A DNA stretch of 64,000 nt, taken from an uncultured delta proteobacterium (lineage in GTDB: Bacteria; Myxococcota; Myxococcia; Myxococcales; Anaeromyxobacteraceae). Below are positions 57,780 through 64,000 of this stretch, one piece after another. Under the pieces are notes generated by a model. It ran no database searches. It was not told where the DNA came from and saw only the letters and a program-made list of their open reading frames with translations. The position numbers and the translations under genes are program-made. Every line of letters begins with the position of its first letter. Positions within the stretch are counted from its first letter, which is position 1. The stretch covers positions 96,001-160,000 of the forward strand of contig CAWHDZ010000017.1 in assembly GCA_963828255.1 (NCBI GenBank). Direction: 5' to 3'.

Positions 57780-58445
57780 CTAGAAGTCCATGGGGCGGAT
57801 GATGGCGATGCGGGCCTGGGTCTCGAAGGTCCGGTTCTTCCCGTCCGGCATCTTCAGGGTGAGCTTCATCTTGACACGGGGAGGCAGGAGCGGCCGGTCC
57901 CCCGGTGCGGTGGACCAGTCCCGGACCCACTCCTGCTTCGGCCAGTCCCAGTACTCCACGTCGAAGCCCACGACGTGGTGGAGCAGGAGCGACTTCACGC
58001 CCCCCCGGTCGGGCTCGTCGTCGATGCGCAGCTTCTCGCGCCGGAAGAGCGCCTGCCCGCCAGGCACGTCCGGGTCGGAGTCCATGGAGTACTCCACCAC
58101 CGACTGGTCCGACTCCCGTGCGTCCCGGATGGCGCGGGTGTGCGCCATGGTCGCGAAGAGGAGGGTGTCGCGGTCGCCGCCGTCGCGCCCCTTGAACACC
58201 GTGGGCCGGTCGCGGAAACGCTGCCGGTCGAAGTGCTCGGAGAGGAAGGCGGAGGAGATGTCGCGCGCCATGCGCCCGAGCGCGGCACGGGCGCCGCCGA
58301 TGCGCTCGTCCTGCTCCTCCACCGACTGCCGGGCGGCCGCGGAGCGGGAGAAGGCGCCCAGCGCCATGGCGCCGATCACGGCCGTGATGCCCATGGCGAT
58401 GAGCACCTCGATCAGGGTGAAGCCCCGCTGGCGGCGGGCGCTCAC
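57780..58445 (-). CDS. gspJ: Type II secretion minor pseudopilin GspJ
   Basis: RG|FTLIEVLIA; W..DW and LPPRV. Confidence 0.85.
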   Translation of the reverse strand: MSARRQRGFTLIEVLIAMGITAVIGAMALGAFSRSAAARQSVEEQDERIGGARAALGRMARDISSAFLSEHFDRQRFRDRPTVFKGRDGGDRDTLLFATMAHTRAIRDARESDQSVVEYSMDSDPDVPGGQALFRREKLRIDDEPDRGGVKSLLLHHVVGFDVEYWDWPKQEWVRDWSTAPGDRPLLPPRVKMKLTLKMPDGKNRTFETQARIAIIRPMDF

Positions 58446-59191
58446 CGCGACACCCCGCCGATGGTCCGCGGCCCCGGCGCGACGGGCTGGCGCACGCCCG
58501 GGTTGGCGACGCCGGGCAGCCGGGTGTTCTGCGCCGGGCTGGCCAGGTTGGGCGGAATGTCCGGGTCCGGGCCTCGGGCCCCGCCGGCGGCCTTGGGGTG
58601 CAGGACCACCCAGAAGGTGGAGAGTTCGAAGCCGTTCTCGGTCTTCCCGTCCTTCCAGCTCACCCGCAGCGACACCCTGCGGACCCCGTTCTTGATCTCC
58701 TCGGTGAAGGCCTTGATCTGCCCCTGCAGGACCCCGCCCAGCAGGCCGCCCGGCGTGCCCGCCGACGGCCCTCCCTTGGAACCGCCACCGCCACCGCCCT
58801 CGCCGCCCAGGAGCTTGCCGAGCATCTCCTGGGTGCCCACGTCTCCGTCGCCCCCGCCCAGGAACGCGCCCAGGATCTTCTCGGGGGTGAGGTCGGAGGC
58901 GGGCTTCTTCAATTCGAGCTTCCAGCGCATGCCGGGCTCACCCTGGTCCGAGAAGCTGCCCTCCTCGGACTGGTCGAAGTCGGTGAAGCCGGCGTCCTCG
59001 TACTTCTCCTCCATCTCGGCCATCTTGCCGCGGGCGAGCAGGGTGGCCACGGAGAGGTCGCGCGCGTAGCCGAAGTTCCGCAGCGCGTTGCCCGAGAGGT
59101 CGGCCACCGCCATGAGCGAGCCGGCCAGCACGACGAGCGCCACCATGACCTCGAGCAGCGTGAAGCCACGCCCCTGCACGACGCGCCTCAC
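58442..59191 (-). CDS. gspI: Type II secretion minor pseudopilin GspI
   Basis: RG|FTLLEVMVAL, ATLLARGKM, VRRVSLRVSW; GTG overlaps the gspH stop. Confidence 0.85.
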   Translation of the reverse strand: MRRVVQGRGFTLLEVMVALVVLAGSLMAVADLSGNALRNFGYARDLSVATLLARGKMAEMEEKYEDAGFTDFDQSEEGSFSDQGEPGMRWKLELKKPASDLTPEKILGAFLGGGDGDVGTQEMLGKLLGGEGGGGGGSKGGPSAGTPGGLLGGVLQGQIKAFTEEIKNGVRRVSLRVSWKDGKTENGFELSTFWVVLHPKAAGGARGPDPDIPPNLASPAQNTRLPGVANPGVRQPVAPGPRTIGGVSR

Positions 59192-59823
59192 CGCGGCACC
59201 TCGGGGATGCCCGGCACCACCCGGGCGCGGCCGGTGAGCGGCTGGGTCACCACGGTGTAGACGTTGCCGCCGTCGGACACCGGGATCTGGGCGCGGTCGG
59301 CCTGGCCCTGCGGGTAGAAGTAGACGTAGGCCTTTCCCTTGGTCTGGGGGTCGCGGTTGCGGGGCGTCCAGACCTTCTCGAACGCGGTGCTCCCCTTGAG
59401 CTTCCGCTTCTGGACCTGCCGGTCCTTGAACTCGGCGAACCGGGCGCGGGCCAGGAACTTCCGCTTCTCGGGGTCGACCTCGTCGGAGAAGCCGCGGGCC
59501 AGCTCCTTCTCGTCGTCCTCGGCGACGCCGTCCTTGCCCATGACCGGCTGGCCCCGCCGCCCGGGCGAGGCCGTGGTGCACTCGGCCCACCACTCCCGGG
59601 CGTCCATGTCGAGGACCATCCGGCAGGTCTGGTGGCGCAGCGCCGCCGTGTCGAAGAGGTAGCGGAAGGCGCCGGCGATCTCGCTGGCTGCGGCGCGGGC
59701 GTTGGCCCCGGTGAGCGAGCTCACGGCGGGCCCGGCGGCCAGCGCCATGACGCCGATCACGGCCACCACGATGAGGACCTCGATGAGGGTGAACCCCCTC
59801 GGCTGGCGCGCCTCGCCGCTCAT
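59188..59823 (-). CDS. gspH: Type II secretion minor pseudopilin GspH
   Basis: RG|FTLIEVLIV, YFYPQG, PLTGR; between gspG and gspI. Confidence 0.82.
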   Translation of the reverse strand: MSGEARQPRGFTLIEVLIVVAVIGVMALAAGPAVSSLTGANARAAASEIAGAFRYLFDTAALRHQTCRMVLDMDAREWWAECTTASPGRRGQPVMGKDGVAEDDEKELARGFSDEVDPEKRKFLARARFAEFKDRQVQKRKLKGSTAFEKVWTPRNRDPQTKGKAYVYFYPQGQADRAQIPVSDGGNVYTVVTQPLTGRARVVPGIPEVPR

Positions 59824-59842
59824 CGTCTCCGGGATCCACGCC

Positions 59843-60247
59843 TCAGGGGTTGACGATGTCGGCGTTGGTGCCGTCGCCGCCGGCCTGCGCGTCGCCGCCG
59901 TAGGACTTGATGTCGAAGGACTCGGGGTGGACCTGCCCGGGGAAGAGGTACACGTAAGGATTGCCCCAGGGATCCTTGAGCTGGGGCTTGCACTTCCCGG
60001 CCGTCACCACCGCCTGGAGCCCCTCCTCGGTGTTGGGGTAGCGCCCCTTGTCGATCTTGTAGAGATCGAGGCAGTTCTCCAGCGTGTGCAGGTCGGTCTT
60101 GGCCTGCTTGACCTTGGCCTCGTCGAGCTGGCCCACCACGTTCACCGCCACCGCGGCCGCGATGATCCCGAGGATGGTGATGACCACCAGGATCTCGATG
60201 AGGGTCATGCCGCGCGACGCGGCGCGGGCGCTTCGGGGAGCTCTCAC
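59843..60247 (-). CDS. gspG: Type II secretion major pseudopilin GspG
   Basis: RG|MTLIEILVV, YPNTEEGLQA, KDPWGNPYVY, SYGGD...DI. Confidence 0.93.
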   Translation of the reverse strand: MRAPRSARAASRGMTLIEILVVITILGIIAAAVAVNVVGQLDEAKVKQAKTDLHTLENCLDLYKIDKGRYPNTEEGLQAVVTAGKCKPQLKDPWGNPYVYLFPGQVHPESFDIKSYGGDAQAGGDGTNADIVNP

Positions 60248-60249
60248 GT

Positions 60250-61476
60250 TCAGCCTCCTGCGATGGTGTTGATCTGGAGAATGGGCATCAGGATGGAGAA
60301 GACGATGAAGGCCACGGCCACGCCCATGACCACGATCATGATGGGCTCGAGCAGCGAGGTGAGCGCGGCGATCTTGGTCTCCACCTGGCTGTCGTAGGCG
60401 TTGGCGACGTTCCCGAGCATGTCCTCGAGCTCGCCCGACTTCTCGCCGATGGCGATCATGTGGTACACCAATGGTGGAAACTCGCCGGAGCGCTTGAGCG
60501 GCGCGGCGATGCTCTCGCCCTCCTTGATCGACTCGCGGGCCTCCTCGATGACCGCGGCCAGGCGGGTGTTCCCCACGATGTTCCGCACGATGTCGAGCGC
60601 GGTGAGCAGGGGCACCCCGCTCTTCAGCAGCGTGGCCAGCGTGCGGGAGAAGCGCGCCACCGCCACCTGGCGTATCAGGGATCCGAAGATGGGGGCGTCG
60701 AGGACCCAGATGTCCCAGCGCGCCCGGCCCGCCTCGGTCCTGCGCCAGCGCACGAATCCGTAGATCCCGGCGGCCAGCAGCAGGATCACCGCCCACCACC
60801 AGTCGTGCATGAAGCTGGCGACGCCGAGGAGGATGCGGGTGGTCCAGGGCAGCACCACCTTGGTGTCCTCGAAGATCTTGGTGATCTTGGGGATGACCAC
60901 CGTGAAGAGGATGCCCATCACCGCCGCGCCGATGATCACCATGGCGGCCGGGTAGGTGAGGGTGCCGAGGACCTTGGAGCGCAGACGGGCCTGGCTCTCC
61001 GTGAAGTCGGCGAGCCGGAAGAGCACCACGTCGAGGGCGCCGGAGGACTCGCCGGCCCGGATCATGTTCACGTAGAGGTTGCTGAAGGCCTTGGGGTGCT
61101 GCCCCAGCGCGTCGGCCAGCGAGGACCCCTCGTTGACCCGCTGCTTCACCGCGGAGAGCACCCGCTTCAGCCGCTCGTGGTCCACCTGCTCCACCAGCGC
61201 GGTGAGCGCGTCGACGAGCGGGATGCCGGCGTTCACCAGGACCGCCAGCTGCCGGGTGGCCACCGCCACGTCGTCGGCCTTGACCCGTCCGCCCACCCAG
61301 CGCCGGACGTTCACCTCGGGGGAGGCGGCCTTGGCCGCCTTCTCGCCGGTCACCTCGGTGAGGTAGAGCCCGTCGCGGCGGAGCGCCCCGCGCAGGGACC
61401 TGGGAGAGTCGGCCTCCTTGAGCCCCTCGACGTTCTTTCCGCGCTGGTCGAGCGCCTTGTATGCGAAGACGGGCAT
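60250..61476 (-). CDS. gspF: Type II secretion platform protein GspF
   Basis: RQLAVLVNAGIPL, GESSGAL, LTYP, GEKSGEL, LLEP. Confidence 0.93.
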   Translation of the reverse strand: MPVFAYKALDQRGKNVEGLKEADSPRSLRGALRRDGLYLTEVTGEKAAKAASPEVNVRRWVGGRVKADDVAVATRQLAVLVNAGIPLVDALTALVEQVDHERLKRVLSAVKQRVNEGSSLADALGQHPKAFSNLYVNMIRAGESSGALDVVLFRLADFTESQARLRSKVLGTLTYPAAMVIIGAAVMGILFTVVIPKITKIFEDTKVVLPWTTRILLGVASFMHDWWWAVILLLAAGIYGFVRWRRTEAGRARWDIWVLDAPIFGSLIRQVAVARFSRTLATLLKSGVPLLTALDIVRNIVGNTRLAAVIEEARESIKEGESIAAPLKRSGEFPPLVYHMIAIGEKSGELEDMLGNVANAYDSQVETKIAALTSLLEPIMIVVMGVAVAFIVFSILMPILQINTIAGG

Positions 61477-61485
61477 GGCCGGCCG

Positions 61486-63279
<1,794 letters not shown>

Positions 63280-63300
63280 GTCGGTCGGTGGCGGGGTCGC

Positions 63301-64000
63301 CTAGCCGCCGCCCGGCGGCGGGGCGGTGGGTGCCGGCGCGGGCGTGGCCGGCTCGGCGCCCGGAATGGGCAGCATCGTGCCCTGGGTGGGTGGGAAGGTG
63401 CGCGGCTGCGCTTCGGCGGGGGTCGGTGCCGGGGCTGGCGCCGGTGCTGCGGCAGGCGCGGCCGGCGGGCTCGCCGGCAGAGGCCCGGTCGGGACCGCGG
63501 ACGGAGCGATGGTGCGCCCCGGCGTCGCGGAGGCGCCCGGCGAAGGCAACGGAATGGGAGGGATCGCCGGACCGTAGCTCGGTGGCGGCTTGACCGTCTT
63601 CTCGCCGAAGCCGCCCGGACCTCCGTTCTCGATCTTCGCGCTCTCCGTGACCACCTGCTGCCGGACGCGGGTGAGCGGACCGGGGCGGCTGGAGGCCTCC
63701 GCGAGCGTGTAGTCGGGCTTCTTGCCGTAGTAGAGCTCGTAGAGCTCGCGGTGCTCCCGCTGCTTGCGCTCCAGGATCCGCCGGAAGTCGGACTGGTCCC
63801 GGATGATGTAGGGGGTGAGCAGGAGGAGAAGGTTCGTCTTCTTCTTCACGATGTTGGTGCTGCGGAACGCCCAGCCCAGGATGGGGATGTCGCCGAGCAA
63901 CGGGATCTTCGACACCGAGGTGACGTTCCGGTCCTGGACCAGGCCGCCGATCACGATGGTGCTCTGGTCCTTCACCACCACCTTGGTCTTCACGCTGCGC
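63301..64000 (-). CDS. gspD: Type II secretion secretin GspD (C-terminal part; 5' end outside window)
   Basis: KIPLLGDIPILGWAFR and NLLLLLTPYII secretin motifs; upstream of gspE. Confidence 0.9.
   Translation of the reverse strand, partial: RSVKTKVVVKDQSTIVIGGLVQDRNVTSVSKIPLLGDIPILGWAFRSTNIVKKKTNLLLLLTPYIIRDQSDFRRILERKQREHRELYELYYGKKPDYTLAEASSRPGPLTRVRQQVVTESAKIENGGPGGFGEKTVKPPPSYGPAIPPIPLPSPGASATPGRTIAPSAVPTGPLPASPPAAPAAAPAPAPAPTPAEAQPRTFPPTQGTMLPIPGAEPATPAPAPTAPPPGGG

Overview
Very GC-rich bacterial chromosome segment. Gene content and order point to Myxococcota, most like Anaeromyxobacter. From left to right: (1) a type IVa pilus locus with pilY1-pilX-pilW-pilV-fimU-pilI-pilG-pilA on the minus strand, a divergent pilH, a TMTC-like glycosyltransferase, pilD, a PilS2/PilR2-like pair and pilMNOPQ; (2) a lipoprotein, mglC, efp, accB, accC, sgmX, tamB and an Omp85 gene; (3) an MtnX-like HAD, ppx and tolBARQ; (4) a lipoprotein, murI, ftsEX, envC, ctpA, a GT2, a GNAT, a HAD and ftsY; (5) smc and a type II secretion operon (gspN to partial gspD). 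The most unusual feature is a ~780-bp module between smc and ftsY. It consists of a perfect (GAGTCG)x42 array, a ~135-nt leader that can fold two mutually exclusive ways (one hides the Shine-Dalgarno), and a solitary 107-aa four-helix-bundle (IVP/Avd-like) gene with no reverse transcriptase or rRNA nearby. Four single-base frameshifts all fall in pilus/motility genes (fimU, pilA, pilD, sgmX) and may be assembly errors. A sigma54 promoter with two candidate enhancer palindromes precedes pilA. Many genes have a -10-like hexamer 6-8 nt before the start codon, suggesting leaderless transcripts. All calls come from motif recognition and recalled synteny; no database searches or folding programs were run.
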